A program made the translations under genes and the position numbers. Shown here one piece after another: positions 1 through 12,929 of a stretch of DNA of 64,000 nucleotides. The notes beneath the pieces are model-generated. The model was not told the DNA's origin. It saw only the letters and a program-made list of their open reading frames with translations, and ran no database searches. How positions within the stretch are numbered: the stretch's first letter is position 1; each line of letters begins with the position of its first letter. The DNA comes from Lama glama (lineage: Eukaryota): contig CM052831.1 of NCBI GenBank assembly GCA_028534125.1, positions 25,048,001 to 25,112,000 of the forward strand, written 5' to 3'.

Positions 1-629
1 TAGTGATAAGCTTCGAATGTGTCATCAGACATGGTGTAAGTTTAAGAAGAAACTGATTGGCAGTGTGGTCTTTTCTGATTCCTCAAAGAGAATAATTGAT
101 CTCTGGCTTCAAGTGGCCCCTGCTTAAACACCCAAACCTCAGGACTACCTTTATTATTGCTATTATTAATTGGGTTACACTGGAAAATTGCATTACAGTT
201 TTTAAAGCATTTTCTCATTGATTAACTCATACGAATCTTGTAACAAATCTGTGAGGTGGGAGGTAGGTAGGAAGCTGTCATTGACTAAAGCTGCAAATTT
301 CTGATCAACTCATCACCCCCAAACAACCTCTCCGCTCATCAAGTCCACATGTAATCAATTTGTGCGCCCAAGGTCTGGTCAGTGGTTTGTGACTTCAGCT
401 TTCCCCAAGAGAACTGGGATGATCGTGACGTCAGACACATCTCCATGAACGACAACAAGAACGTGGGGGACCCCAAGGATCTACTTGCACTCTTGTCTCA
501 TGTTTCTCCTTTGCACAACTTACTTGCTGTTCTAGGAGGAAACCAAAATAAAACAACCTGAAACTTTCCAAATCATCATTCTCGCCCACTGTCAAACCCA
601 AGTTATAGTCTGTGGTCTGGCCAGGCTCA

Positions 630-1550
630 CAAAATGCAGTATTTGCACTGTATTTAAGTAACAAAGAATCAATAACCCAGACTATATGAAGAACTCCTAC
701 AGAACAAAATGAAAAAGACAAACAGCTCAAGAGAAACTTGTCAAATTATGTGAGCAAGCCAATTAGAGAAGAGGAAACTTAAATAGATAATAAACATATG
801 AAAATATCTCAGATTTCCTAGGACAGTACTCAGGAAAATGTGAATTAAAAACAGTTAAATGCCATTTCCTATATATCAAATTAGCAAAGATTAAAAAGCC
901 TAACAGTAAGTGTTATCAAGGATGCAGGACAGTAAGAAATGTCACTCATTGCTTGTAGGAGTATAAATCAGCACCAACACTCTGGAAAGAAATTTGACAA
1001 AATGTGTGTACGCTGGGATTGTGCACACTCTGCAACGCCTCTCCTCCCACAGGCTAAGTCAGGTTCCCTGAAGCAAATATCTGAAATAAGCTAAAACTCC
1101 AGGTCAATGCAAAAATGGATAATTAAGTAGTCATAATTATACAGCACTTATAATGGATGGACTAACTCTAGAGACACAGTCAGAATAAATCTTGAAACAA
1201 AATATTGCCTGAAAAAGCAGGCAAGATATTAAGTAAGATGTCTTTTGTATAAAATTAAAAACACACAATACTTCATGTAACTGCATATGTATCCTTAAAC
1301 AATCTATAAAGTAAAACCCTGAAAACGTGAAGGCAAAGGAGATACACTAGCTTTTTTTGTTGTTTTAACTGAAGGATTGGAATCTGATTGTGGAAAGGCA
1401 CAACTGTATCTGTAACATTAAAAAAGAAAAGAGTTGAGGCTAATAAGATTAAATGATAAGATCTATTACATCAGGATGGCAGGTCTGAGTATTTATGATA
1501 ATGATCTCTGTACTTCTATGTTGGAACTGTTTATAATTTTTTTAAGTATC
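630..1550 (+). mobile_element. Ancient L1 (L1ME-like) ORF2 3' region and 3'UTR remnant
   Basis: Degenerate L1 motifs, e.g. 'aataaacatatgaaaatatctcag', 'aaattagcaaagattaaaaag', 'caccaacactctggaaagaaatttg'. Confidence 0.7.
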
Positions 1551-1569
1551 ATATTTAAACTAAAGGGGA

Positions 1570-1820
1570 AGGGGAAAAGGGTGGGGAGGGATAAACTTGG
1601 GAGTTTGAGATTTGCAAATGTTAGCTATTATATATAAAAACAGATAAAAACCAAATTTCTTCTGTATAGCACAGGGAACTATATTCAATCTCTTGTAACA
1701 ACCTTTAATGAAAAAGAATATGAAAATGAATATATATGTATATGTATGACTGGGACATTGTGCTGTACACCAGAAACTGACACATTGTAAATGACTATAC
1801 TTCAATAAAATAAATAAAAA
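1570..1820 (+). mobile_element. 5'-truncated lineage-specific (camelid/artiodactyl) L1 3' end
   Basis: Typical 3'UTR 'ctgtatagcacagggaactatattcaatc...tgtaaatgactatacttcaataaaa' with A-rich tail. TSD taaacta(a/c)agggga at 1556-1569 and 1821-1834. Confidence 0.9.
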
Positions 1821-1924
1821 TAAACTACAGGGGAGAGAAACTACCTAGGGAGAACAGACAGAGAAAAAAAGAGAAGGCAGTCTAGACCAGAATCTGAGGA
1901 GGGCAGACAAAGCCCTTGAAAAAC

Positions 1925-2467
1925 ACATCTTAAAACTGACACAGAGTAAAGCAAGATCTGAATAGCCCTATATCCATTAAAGAAATAGAATTGTCATTTT
2001 AAAACTTCCCACAAAGAAAACTCTAGGTCCAAATACCATCACTGGTGAATGCTATAGAACAATAAAGGAAGAAATAACACCAATAATACACAATGCTTTC
2101 AGAAAATAGGAAGAAGGGAACATTTCCTAGCTTGTTTTATGAGGCCAGCAGAATCCTAATGTTAAATACAGACAAAGACATTATAAGAGAAGAAAATTAC
2201 AGATCAGTGTCTCTCAGGCACATAGTGATATTAACAAATGAACACAGCAATATATATGTTCAAAAAACTAACATCATGACCAAATAAAATTTGTGCTAGG
2301 AGCACAAAGTTGGTTTAATATTTTTTTAAAAATCTATCAATATAAAAACATCACATTAACAGATTAAAGGAGAAAAGCCATATATCATCTCAAAGATGCA
2401 GAAAAGGCATTTCACAGAAATCAATACCCATTCACAATAAAAATTCTCAACAAACTAAGAATACAGG
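1925..2467 (+). mobile_element. L1 ORF2 (Z/RT region) fragment, running into an assembly gap
   Basis: 'ctgaatagccctatatccattaaagaaatagaa', 'ttttatgaggccagc', 'gatgcagaaaaggcatttcacagaaatcaataccc'. The short ORF FPSLFYEASRILM resembles L1 ORF2p (LPNSFYEASITL). Confidence 0.85.
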
Positions 2468-2784
2468 NNNNNNNNNNNNNNNNNNNNNNNNNNNNNNNNN
2501 NNNNNNNNNNNNNNNNNNNNNNNNNNNNNNNNNNNNNNNNNNNNNNNNNNNNNNNNNNNNNNNNNNNNNNNNNNNNNNNNNNNNNNNNNNNNNNNNNNNN
2601 NNNNNNNNNNNNNNNNNNNNNNNNNNNNNNNNNNNNNNNNNNNNNNNNNNNNNNNNNNNNNNNNNNNNNNNNNNNNNNNNNNNNNNNNNNNNNNNNNNNN
2701 NNNNNNNNNNNNNNNNNNNNNNNNNNNNNNNNNNNNNNNNNNNNNNNNNNNNNNNNNNNNNNNNNNNNNNNNNNNNNNNNNNNN
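2468..2784. other. Assembly gap (N run). Others at 14728-14902, 16184-16402, 29599-29745, 44525-44709 and 63518-63689
   Basis: Direct read. Confidence 0.99.
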
Positions 2785-2829
2785 AAAGGGGAACTTTCCA
2801 ACATGCTAAGAGTATGCAAGATGGAGTAG

Positions 2830-3030
2830 AGCAGGAAAACCTTGTGAAGGAAACTGGGAGGAAGAAACGAAGATGCAGGAGAAAAACCTAGAGAGTGGGG
2901 TCTCATGCTAAGAGCACAGAGTCTTTCAAGGAAGGGGAAGCGGTCAACTGTATTACGTGCTACTGAGGTGAGAAAGACAATGACAGAGACACAACCAGGG
3001 AGGTCACTAGTGGCCCCGAAGAGAGCAGAC
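2830..3030 (-). mobile_element. L2 fragment
   Basis: 'gaaaaacctagagagtggggtc...ttcaaggaaggggaagcggtcaactgt...gaggtcactagtggcc' resembles the antisense L2 consensus. Confidence 0.6.
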
Positions 3031-3659
3031 CTGGTGCGTAGGTCACTCCACTTTTTACTTCCCATCTGCTGTTCTTAGGGTGCCTTAGAATGACTTCACA
3101 TATCTTCATTCAAGAATCAAGCAAATCAACCAACAAATTAATAACTTACAGAAAAAGGCAGAGCTTACTGAATTTTTCTTAGGCCTACTGACTGATTTTA
3201 AACTTAAGACTCTAGTATTAGCTATATAACATAATAGAAAGCTCAGTGTATGGATTAAAGCTGGTGCTCGAGGACTATTTATTGAATGAATTAATCAACA
3301 CACATGCTAGACCTTGCTTTTCCAGATCAGACATTCCTTCCCTCCTTAGAGTGAGGATCATTGAACCTGACCTGAATCCAACCCCTTTCTATCCCAGGGA
3401 CTAGTCCTGACATCAGGAAAGAAGGATTTTGAAATACCAGGAAGCTCAACAGGCTTTCCCACTGTTGACCGTTATAGAGATTTCTGGTTTTGCCATTATC
3501 ACTTAGAAATAGCAGGACAAGTTTTCACCAAACTTGGCAGGTATTTTATGGATGATCTGATTTAAATATGCGCTATGAAAATTAATAATAAATTAACTTC
3601 AGGAGAACCTGGAGGATATCCTCCCAAAGACAGCTTATCATCTTAAAGAGAGCAAATGA

Positions 3660-3932
3660 CTTCTGGTTAGCAGGGGGGAAAGCGGGGGAAGCGGTGTAAA
3701 TTGGGAATTCAGGATTTGCTTATACTAACTACTATATATATAAATAGATAAACAACAAGGTCCTACTGTATAGCACAGGGAACTAGATTCAATATCTTAT
3801 AATAAACTATAATAAGAATATGGAAAGAAATATACATATAGCTGAATCACTATGCTATGCACCAAAAATTAACACATTGTAAACCAAGTATACTTGAAAA
3901 AAAAAAAAAGAAAAGAAAAAAGAACAGAGAAC
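3660..3932 (+). mobile_element. 5'-truncated artiodactyl-type L1 3' end with poly(A)
   Basis: 'aacaacaaggtcctactgtatagcacagggaac...ctgaatcactatgct...' plus A-tail. TSD gagagcaa(a/c)tga at 3648-3659 and 3933-3944. Confidence 0.88.
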
Positions 3933-4184
3933 GAGAGCAACTGAAATTGAGGAACAGAAGGAACCTGAGGTGCCTGCTGGTCACACCGACTAAGACACTG
4001 TAAACCAAATAACAAAGAGTGGTTTCAGGCCTCAACCAAGTCAGAAGTCACAGGATAGCAATACAAGTTGCAGGCAACGATCTACAGTCAAGCTGTTTCT
4101 CAGAAGGCAACTCCATGCAGGCTCCAGGCAGAAGAGAGCATGGATTGGTTTATTAAATGGCAGTGAATGACTTCCCAGATCAGA

Positions 4185-4420
4185 ATAAATAATAATCATG
4201 GCTACCACTTACTAAGGGATTATCATGTGCCGGACCCATGTATGACTTCATTTAACCCCTACAACAACTCAGGAGGGAAGGATAATTATTATCCCTACTT
4301 TAAAAACAAGGAGAGTGATTTTCAGGGACATTAAATGACTTGTGCTGCATCACTCAGCAAGAAAGTGGTACAATGGTGTTCAAAGCTAGGTTGCCCAATC
4401 CCTGGGTCCATCCAGCCTGA
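4185..4420 (-). mobile_element. MIR SINE
   Basis: Reverse MIR core 'ttattatccctactttaaaaacaaggag...ttaaatgacttg...tcactcagc'. Confidence 0.7.
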
Positions 4421-5092
4421 CCTTGGGCTTCAGTTATTGTAAGGAACTCCATTTTGTCTTCTGGGCCCGAGCTGCCTCCAAGGGTCCGAGCACCTCTGGG
4501 CCTGGGGATTTACCTTTAACTTTCTCTATAACATCTCATCCATCCAAGGGAATTAGAATCCCACCTACACCCCTTCAACCACCCATCTGCTAATGTATCA
4601 TGAATGTTCAGTTTTGCTCTAAAAGCTTAATCTTCAGCAACTGGCCTGCACTCACTAATTGTCCAAAATAAGTTGGCTTAAGTTAAAAAAAAAGTTAAAT
4701 CTAGTTGAAGAACCACAGTTATGTAAAGAATTATACTTCATGCCAAGAGCCAATTCATTCTGCACCACCTCTTTCTAATAAACATAGCGGGAGTGATGGA
4801 AAGCAATGTCTGGGAAAAATAACACCTGGCATAGCCCAGGGAGACATCCCTTGTAGAAGGCAGATCTCTGAATCTGACAGTAAAAGTCATTAACTCTTCA
4901 AATGACAAAGAGACGTTATAACTTGCCTTCCTTTTTAGGAACACTTCCTGCTGCCAGTGTCAGTTCAGCATAAATTTTCAAACCAATTATGACAATGGAT
5001 GCACTTACCTTTCTAAAAGAAAATCTTCACAAAGAACTGGGAAGTGACAGATACCCTTTACACAGGCCCTGGGAGGTTAATAAGAGCAACAG

Positions 5093-5290
5093 CCAGTGGG
5101 AGTGCCAGGAAATGTTTAACAGTGGACTCTCTGGCAGAAAAAGCCCTGATTTTTCGGGTTTGCTGATTTCCATGATGTAAATACTCCCATCATGGCGAAT
5201 TTCAAGCTCCTAAGGTAACTAATAATTAACATGAGGTTGGGCACAGTGGCTCTCAGGAGTTGGTGCCAGCAGGCTCCAGGCTCCCGCTGG
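5093..5290 (+). mobile_element. MER63-like hAT DNA transposon
   Basis: 'ccagtgggagtgccaggaaatgtttaac...gccctgattt...gatttccatgatgtaaatactcccatcatggcgaatttcaagct' with an inverted end '...ccgctgg'. A related copy lies at 32464. Confidence 0.7.
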
Positions 5291-5294
5291 CGAT

Positions 5295-5545
5295 GCTAGT
5301 ATTTTTTAAACTCTTATGTGCTAGATGTGTGCTAAGTGCTTCATAATCATTTTCCTTGAATCCCTGTAACAGGCTAATGGGCAGGTACTATTTTATCCCC
5401 ATTTTACAGATGAGAGAAAACTCGGTCTTAGATTAATTCAGTAATTAGTCAAAGGTCACACAGCTACTAAGTACTAAGAGCTGGCATTCGAATGCTGGCC
5501 GTCTGGTTCAGTGGTCCAAGTGCTCAGCCCCACTTTGATCCTGCC
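5295..5545 (-). mobile_element. MIR SINE
   Basis: 'tattttatccccattttacagatgag...aaggtcacacagctactaagt...gagctggcattcgaa'. Confidence 0.85.
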
Positions 5546-6244
5546 TCTTCTGTGGTGATCATTCCTGCTTCATCTTACAGATGACATGTTGCTAAAGAGT
5601 AAAGCGCAGGCTCTGGGCTAACTGGCAGTGGGGTAAGGGGGTCTGACCCACACCAGCCATGGAAGGGTCTTTCTCTTCCTTTCCCGTAAATTTCACCATG
5701 TCCTTCAGGACACTTGGCAGATGTTCCCTCTTCAGTGGAGCCTTTCCCAACTGCCCCAGAGTTGTTACTCCCCACATATTTTTTTCTTACAAAAATTTGA
5801 CTGTTTCCATTAGAAAATAAATACATGCTCATTAGGGAATATAGAAAATATCAAATACAAGGAGAAAAATCTCTTGTGGCCCCACCTCCTACTCATAACA
5901 TTTGTTTCACATTCCTACTGTTGATTCATTCCCCTGTATGTGTTAGTCTATTTATTTATGGGTTTATGGGCCTCATCCCCATGGGACCATAAACTCCTTC
6001 TAGGGAGATATCATGTGTAACCTCCTTCCACTGCACCCACGGCCCACCTCCATCCTCAGCACAACACTCAACACACAGCTGCCCCCAAATGAATCCAGAC
6101 GCTTTATTATGTCCTCCAATTCATTAAATGAACCCTGAGCTTTTCCTGTGTATCCTCACAGCTCTCCTAATCTTAACTAAGATTGGTTTTCTTCATGTGT
6201 CCTGAACCACATTCTTGTTGTCCTGAGTAGGCACTGCCCCATCA

Positions 6245-6388
<144 letters not shown>

Positions 6389-7037
6389 CTAGGAAAGAAT
6401 GACCAAAAAATGACAATCAGTATTTATCAAGCATTCCCAGGGAATACTATTTTGGCATTTTACCCAAGATAATACTTTAACATTTTAGAAAGTTTTCTTT
6501 TTAAAAAAAAATCGTTCCCACAAGGTAAACTGACAAAAATATCAAATACCGAATTCAAAGCCCTGGCTTCACCTAAAGAATGTCCAAAACAATGCTGAAC
6601 AACTGCAAAGTGCTAATTACCTATATGTATTTTTAAATCCGTCTTTTTCTCTTTTAAAAGCTTCTCTTTCAGAATAGCTATCTAGGTCTTAAAGAACTAT
6701 GTGTTTTTCCAAATGAAGCTCTGACACATATGTCCATGTACTTCAAGGAAACAACAGTGAATCACAGAGAAGTGACAACTCTAGAAATGGAGCCCCTCCC
6801 GAAATTCCCTGCAGCTGTGTGCAGACTTGGATGGAAAAGGGTCCTAAGGCACCGGTTCAGGTCCCGGGTTTCTTCGCTGTATTGTGAGCTTATCTCTCAA
6901 CAGAAAAAGTTGAAATGGGAAGGTGATGAGAAAATCATAGCCAGGTTGCCCTTTCCCAGGGGGCGATCTACAGGCAGCCTCAGGCCAGGGTTATATAACT
7001 CTCCAGCTTCCAAAGCCACAGCTTCATCATGAGAAGC

Positions 7038-7058
7038 AAAAAAAAAAAAAAAAAAAAA
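7038..7058 (+). repeat. A21 homopolymer
   Basis: Direct read. Confidence 0.95.
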
Positions 7059-9174
7059 GGTACTTGCATCAGAACAGGTCAAACACAGGGCAGGAGGTCC
7101 TTATTGGAACACTGACTTTTGGCGCCTTAATTCTTCCACTGTAGAATGCTGAATATTGACACAAGTTTGTGCACACGAGAGGATAAGGCTCCAAAGGAAA
7201 GGTGGTAGTCATTTAATTGACTTCTTATTGGGGACCTGTTGTTCTAGGGCTGGGATGGTGCTTTAATCATCTCCCCACCTCCCCCTCCCCGGCTGCCCCA
7301 GCAGGAATTTAATAACTCTTGGATAAATGTTTGTTGGCCTTTGTGCTCTGACAGCCAGATTACGAGTCTCTGTAGAGCACTTATTACCAAAGGGCATTTC
7401 TCCCAGCACACTTCACCAATCCTGTCCAGGTGACAGGAGCGTCCCCACTACCCAGCCTTAAATCTTCCCTTGGGGGAAAAGGGGTGCCTCTGAAGAAAGG
7501 AAGAGAACAGGTGCTTGCTTCTGTGTAGTCACTAAGGGTCTGGGCTGTCTGATATTATCAGTATTTTATTTATTTCGCATTCTGTTTTTCTCCTTCTGTC
7601 TTTACTCCCTTCCTAGAGCTCTACTAGAGTTCTTTAGGCTTTGCTTCTCCAAAATTAATGAAAACAAATGCAAAAGAGAATATTCATAACCATTCTTTTG
7701 TGTATGTTAAGGGGGCTATATTTTTTTGCTAAGTATTTGCATGACTGACCATTGACACAGCCAACTGGAATCAGGGGAGCAGAAGAAAACAGAAATCAGA
7801 TTCTTGCCAAATTGCATTTGACTCCTTGCTTTAAACTTCCTTCAGCAAAGAAGTTAAACAAATTTCTAGCAAGAGCACTAACATGTAGCAAAACAGGCCA
7901 GAGTGGTACCTTCCTCTGTACTGCCCACCCTCTAGAAACTAGCAACTGAGTGGTAAGTAAAGCTGCTTGAAGGAAGAGAAAAGTGAATAAATAAGGAGTC
8001 TGGATAAATATATAAACTAGGAAAGGTGAAATACTGACGTGCTAGCTATTGTCAATTTTCTAGAAATGAATGGAAAGTCCCACACTGATCACACACTGTC
8101 ATTGGAAATGCAGATCCGTAACTCTTCAGAAAACCTCAGGAGCTTGAGAGGATCTGAGATTCAGGAGTCAGTGGGGACTCAAGACTTCCCTTCTTTAAGA
8201 AGGCAAGAGACAGATAATCCTCTCAGCTTGCAAACAGGTCCCTCAAATGAGGGGCAAGACCTCATTCTGTTACTTGGTGCAGAATCGGAAATAAACTGAC
8301 CATCCACTCGATTCAAACCTTACTTATTGCCATGGGTTAGGCCCACTGCCTTTCCCTTGGGAATTTTTAGGGACATGGGAAAACAGCTATTACAGAGTTC
8401 TTTGGGATCTGAAAAAACAATAAAATCCTTGATATAAACTATTTCTAGTCTTTCATTTTAAAGTTCTAACATTAAACCTATTTTTTATTATAATCACCTT
8501 GTTTTTATTATAGTGACATATATTTTTCATATTATGTTTATTTAACAGTCTTGCCCCAAACATTTCCCACATGTAGCTTCTTCATTAACATTTCCTTTCT
8601 GTAGTCTGTCCAACAAAGATAAAATTTAGGGCAAAACAGAGGGATTTGTTGTACACTAGCTAAGCCAAACTACAAAACTGAGTTTACAGAAGATATATAG
8701 AAAAGTACTGCTAACAAGTCTTTGCTCTTCACAGATATTTTTGTTTATTGCAGAAAATGTATTAGGCTTACTGTTTGTCCCTGCCTTCTGCTTTTCTGTG
8801 TGAATTAAGTCATTTTCCTCTGTGACAATGAAATGACTTCTATCCTCTGGGGGTGGAAAGGAGGGTAGGAATTATGGGAGTTTATATTATAATTGAGCAG
8901 GAATCTGGTGGAAAAGCAAATTCTCATGATCATATAAAAGTGTAAGAATTTAAGCCTCTAAAAGAAATTAAGATTGGAAGCGATGGGAAAAGGCTGGATT
9001 TTATAAGTGGGTCCTATTATTTTTGTCAACTTCTGATGTCAGGAGAAAGGTAACTTCTGTCTCTTTTATAGATGAATTTAAAGGATGGAGGGGGAATCCT
9101 GAGACCTTAGGCAAAATCCTTTGCCTTTGTGGGCTCAGCTTACAATCTGTAACTCAAAGATGAGGCAAAAGAAG

Positions 9175-9415
9175 GTTCCGTGTGAAAGCTCAAGCTCCAG
9201 AATCAAACGTGTCTGGGTTTGAATCCTGGGCTCTGTCACTGGTTAATTGTGCATCTCAGCAAATTACCCAACCTTCTTCTGAGCCTCAGTTTTCTTACCC
9301 CTCCACCAAATGAATATGATAATGTCAACCCTTAGGGTTGTTTCAGGATTAAATGAGATAATAAATGCAAAGATGGTGGCTGACACACAGTAAAGTGATC
9401 ATTAATCATCGTTGT
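9175..9415 (+). mobile_element. MIR SINE
   Basis: 'ctgggtttgaatcctgggctctgtcact...ctgagcctcagttttct...ggattaaatgagataat'. Confidence 0.85.
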
Positions 9416-11119
9416 AAAAAGAACTTCCATTTATGATGATGATGGCAAGATATTCAATTTCTAGAAACTCATTCATGTGGATTTCAAATGTCACTAATAC
9501 CAGAGTGAGGTCGATTAGGAATGCCTCCAAATCCACCAGCATCTAGTCATATTTTCAGTTCCTGACAAAGGTAACATATTTTTATTCCTCTTGTATCTTT
9601 CATGTATATAACACTTCAGTTTGTAAAATGTGTTCAGTTACACATTTTGTCATTTGATTTTCCAAACAATTCCGTGAGATAAACAATGCAAGGAATTGGA
9701 GGCTTAAAGAGGTTAAATGATGCCACTGAGATCATACTGACTTGGGGGCAGAGCCAGTATTACTGCCCAGGCTCCACCAAGCACTCTCTCCACTTAATCA
9801 TTCCTGGATTCAAACCCAGAGAGCGCCACCAGGGGATCAGCCAAAATATCCCTAATACTATTTACCTGATTAGTGACACATCATTTATTTTGATCCCTTT
9901 AATTTTGTAGAAAGCTACTCACTTAAGAATGTAACGTCACAAGATCAATAAACTACAACTTCAAAATGTTTGGAAGTCACTAAATTATAACCTAAACCAA
10001 TAGAAAAAAGCAAAAAGCTAATTTTAGGCTCCTCATTCAGAATTACACTGCTCCCTAAGGTCTGCTTCCAAAATACACTTCATTACATTAGTCCAGTCAT
10101 GTTGCCATGAAGAATTTTCACTTCTTAATGAGGTAAAAGCCAAGCATTTATTGTATAATAATGATGCATTACATTCAAACTTTCCTTTTTATCATTTCAC
10201 GTATTATATGGTACATCTCTTTCGATACCAGATTTTCTTTGTAACCAATGCCAAAAACTATCCTTCAGTTTAACACAAATAGCTCCCACCCCCATTTTTC
10301 ACAGAAAGAATGAGTCTGATAAGAATAGGAATCATGAAAAGGCGGTTGCAGCACAGTGTGGTCCTGTGCGGATCCATTATTTACTCAACAGCTTGCCTTT
10401 GGCCTAATCTCTGTAATTAAACATAGAGGGTCTGTATTATTTGACTGGTAACTATTAGGTCAGAATTTAAGAGTAAAACTCTATTTTATAGAGCTGTGCT
10501 CTGATCAGATTCAACTTTTTATGTAACAAATCACATCTTCCATTTGTCATTTTGACCAATATCGAGAGATAAGGATTTAATGCATCCAAGACTGATCCTC
10601 AGCAGGCTGGCTTCTCAGAGAAAGAGCTGCCCTCCAGCAGAGCACTCCATGGAAACTGGTACAGCCAAGTACTTAAGATATTTAATTCACGTAGAGCGCT
10701 GAGCTGGTGCATACAGACCAGAAGCCAGGGATCTACTAACTTACGCAGCAAGATTGGACTCTGGCCCCAGATCACACCAGGGAAGGGCTGGTACTTCCCA
10801 AACCATGATGGCAGAACAGGGTTGGAGGCCAATGTCATGCCAGGGAAGGGGCAGGCACTTCTCAGAATATGCTGCTGAAAAGTTCCACAGTTGAGGACAC
10901 CAGGTGCCTCTCCTAGAGTCTCCCATCTGATCCTGCCAGATCGCTGTGTGCCGCCCCACCCTGGAATGGACCAGGAAGGACCTGACACCTGCTATGGCTC
11001 CTGTCTTGATGTCTTTCCCCAGTAAATGCTGCTCCAGAATGCCCAGCATGGTGCCATCTGCACACACCTTGCGGGTACATGCACCACACTGAAACTCGTC
11101 CAAGCACCATCCTTGTCTC

Positions 11120-11285
11120 ATCCTGGTTACCCCTCACAAGCATCCTAGGAAGCAGGTGGGCACTACTATTATCACTGCCCATTTTCAATATGAAAACTGA
11201 AGCCCAACGAGATTTGGTCATTTGGTTCAAGGTTACATACTTAATAACTTACCCAAGCAATCTGACCCCAGTCCAAGCCCTCAGT
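11120..11285 (-). mobile_element. MIR SINE just downstream of the LARS2 exon donor
   Basis: 'cccattttcaatatgaaaactgaagcccaacgag...tcaaggttacatac'. Confidence 0.7.
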
Positions 11286-11325
11286 CCCTCTTCTTGACCC
11301 TTTTAGAAGCTCTAAGAATACTCAC

Positions 11326-11559
11326 ATCAGCTTCTGAAATTTTGAAAGCCTGTTCTTTTATTCGTTGATGCCACCATTTCTCAACATCCTTTCTCGTCTG
11401 CAATGTGTACTCCTTGGTCCACTTTCCTGTGGCACTGTAAATATCTCTGAAACAGCCAGGAATCACTCTCCTTCCCAACTTGATGACATCTGGCCCACTA
11501 TTTGGCTGTCTTTTCAGAAAAGAGGCATATAAACCCAGTCTCTGCCAAGTAGGAGCCAT
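11326..11559 (-). CDS. LARS2: LARS2 first coding exon (78 codons; mitochondrial presequence plus N-terminus of mt-LeuRS)
   Basis: Translates [78 protein letters not shown], matching the mammalian LARS2 N-terminus as I recall it (human MASVWQRLGFYASLLKRQ...[33 protein letters not shown]). Phase-0 donor GAT|GTGAGT at 11325. Acceptor ctttcag| with a pyrimidine tract puts the exon start at 11580 (21 nt of 5'UTR). Confidence 0.97.
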
Positions 11560-11580
11560 TCTTCAGGAGGCAGGAAGGCC
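11560..11580 (-). other. LARS2: 5'UTR portion of the LARS2 first coding exon
   Basis: GGCCTTCCTGCCTCCTGAAGA lies between the AG acceptor (11581-11582) and the ATG (11559). Confidence 0.85.
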
Positions 11581-11654
11581 CTGAAAGAAAGGGTGGAGAG
11601 CACAAGTGTGAGCTGCCTGGAACCCTCCCTGAGCTTGGCCTTCCATTCAGGACA

Positions 11655-12125
11655 GCCCATCCTGAGCATAAAAGCAATGGAAGAATTCATAAAAGAAAAT
11701 ATTAATAAATCTCTCTAAAAAGTGTAAAATACCTGCATATCAAAAACACCATGAACAAAATTAGAAAGCAAACAATAAGCTAAGAGGAAATGGCCAAAAC
11801 TGCAACAAAAGATTATCCTTCTCTATAAAGAGTTCACATATGAGAAGAGAAACATTAAAAACCTAATTTTAAAAATTGGCAAAGGAGAAAAGGATAGAGG
11901 AAATACAAATGACTAATAAATATATGAAAAAGAGCAACTTCACAACTAATCAAAGGAATGCAAATTAAAACATGGAAATATTTTGCTTATTGGATTGGCA
12001 AAACCTGTTATTTTAAAAATGTGCATTTTTATGCACTGCTGGTAGAAATGTAAAATGATTCCACCTCCCTAAGGAGCAATCTGGTAACATGTTTCCAGAC
12101 CTTTTAAGAAAAGTCCACACCCTTT
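11655..12125 (+). mobile_element. Ancient L1 (L1ME-like) fragment in LARS2 intron 1
   Basis: 'caaaaacaccatgaacaaaattagaaagcaaac', 'aaatacaaatgactaataaatatatgaaaa', 'tgcactgctggtagaaatgtaaaatg'. Confidence 0.75.
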
Positions 12126-12929
12126 GTGTTAGGGGCACCCCAAGACTCAGTGGGGCTCAGCATATAGCACATTCAGGGCTATGCTTTATTACAGTCTTGG
12201 AGCTCTGCTCAGTTCCCTTCTTTTACTTCCCAGACTCTGCTCTGAGCCACTGCCCCACTAATCCCTGATGGGCACTGCCACTTTCTGAGGGGGAGTAGCC
12301 ATTTTATTGGAGGACCAGGCCATACCATGAATGTGAAAGGTGTGATCCATGTCTTGTGTTAGGGTCAACTTGGTCCTTTTCTTCCTTAGCTCTGTCACAT
12401 CAGTCTCTTGTCTAGATGTTTAGAATCTTGTCTCTTCTTCCACAACCTTCTAAAGCATCAATCCCCACTACTCCAATTCTCTCTAGAGTCAGCCCAGACC
12501 TCAGCCTCACTTAGAGCTTAAGGTTAAGTTTTTTGAGAACAGTGGGGGTAACGTGACATAAGCAGGAGGTGGGAGGAGGGGGCTGAGAACTGGACCCAAA
12601 ATGACAATCATACATGGACAGAGAAACTGAGAAAATAAGTAGGAAAAGACAGGCAAAGAAAAAGAACACATTGGAGAAGCATATGAGGGCATTTTGCGCG
12701 CCCTAAGAAAGTGTGCTGGGAAAGTGTTCTTAAAGGAATCAAGTTTTGTCCGTCCCCCATCCCCCTCAAAAGCCCCTAACTCCCTATGTGACCTTGGGCA
12801 AATTATTTCCTGTCTAGAAGATCAGCGTCTCCTTAAAATGAAAGATGAAACCCAGACGATCTCTGAGGACCTTCGGGCTCTAACATGCTGTGACAATGAC
12901 CTGTGGCTCACAGAGACGATTAGAGTCAA

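Noticed and set aside
426-433. Perfect CRE (TGACGTCA)
   Set aside because: A single 8-mer in an intron with no supporting context is compatible with chance.
7000-7058. Cryptic LARS2 exon using the U21 tract as a polypyrimidine tract
   Set aside because: The nearest AG context is weak and I found no good downstream donor.
11281-11325. C-terminal [14 protein letters not shown] of the 92-aa ORF as a standalone small protein
   Set aside because: It is read-through past the GTGAGT donor into intron. The real frame splices to the exon at 6388.
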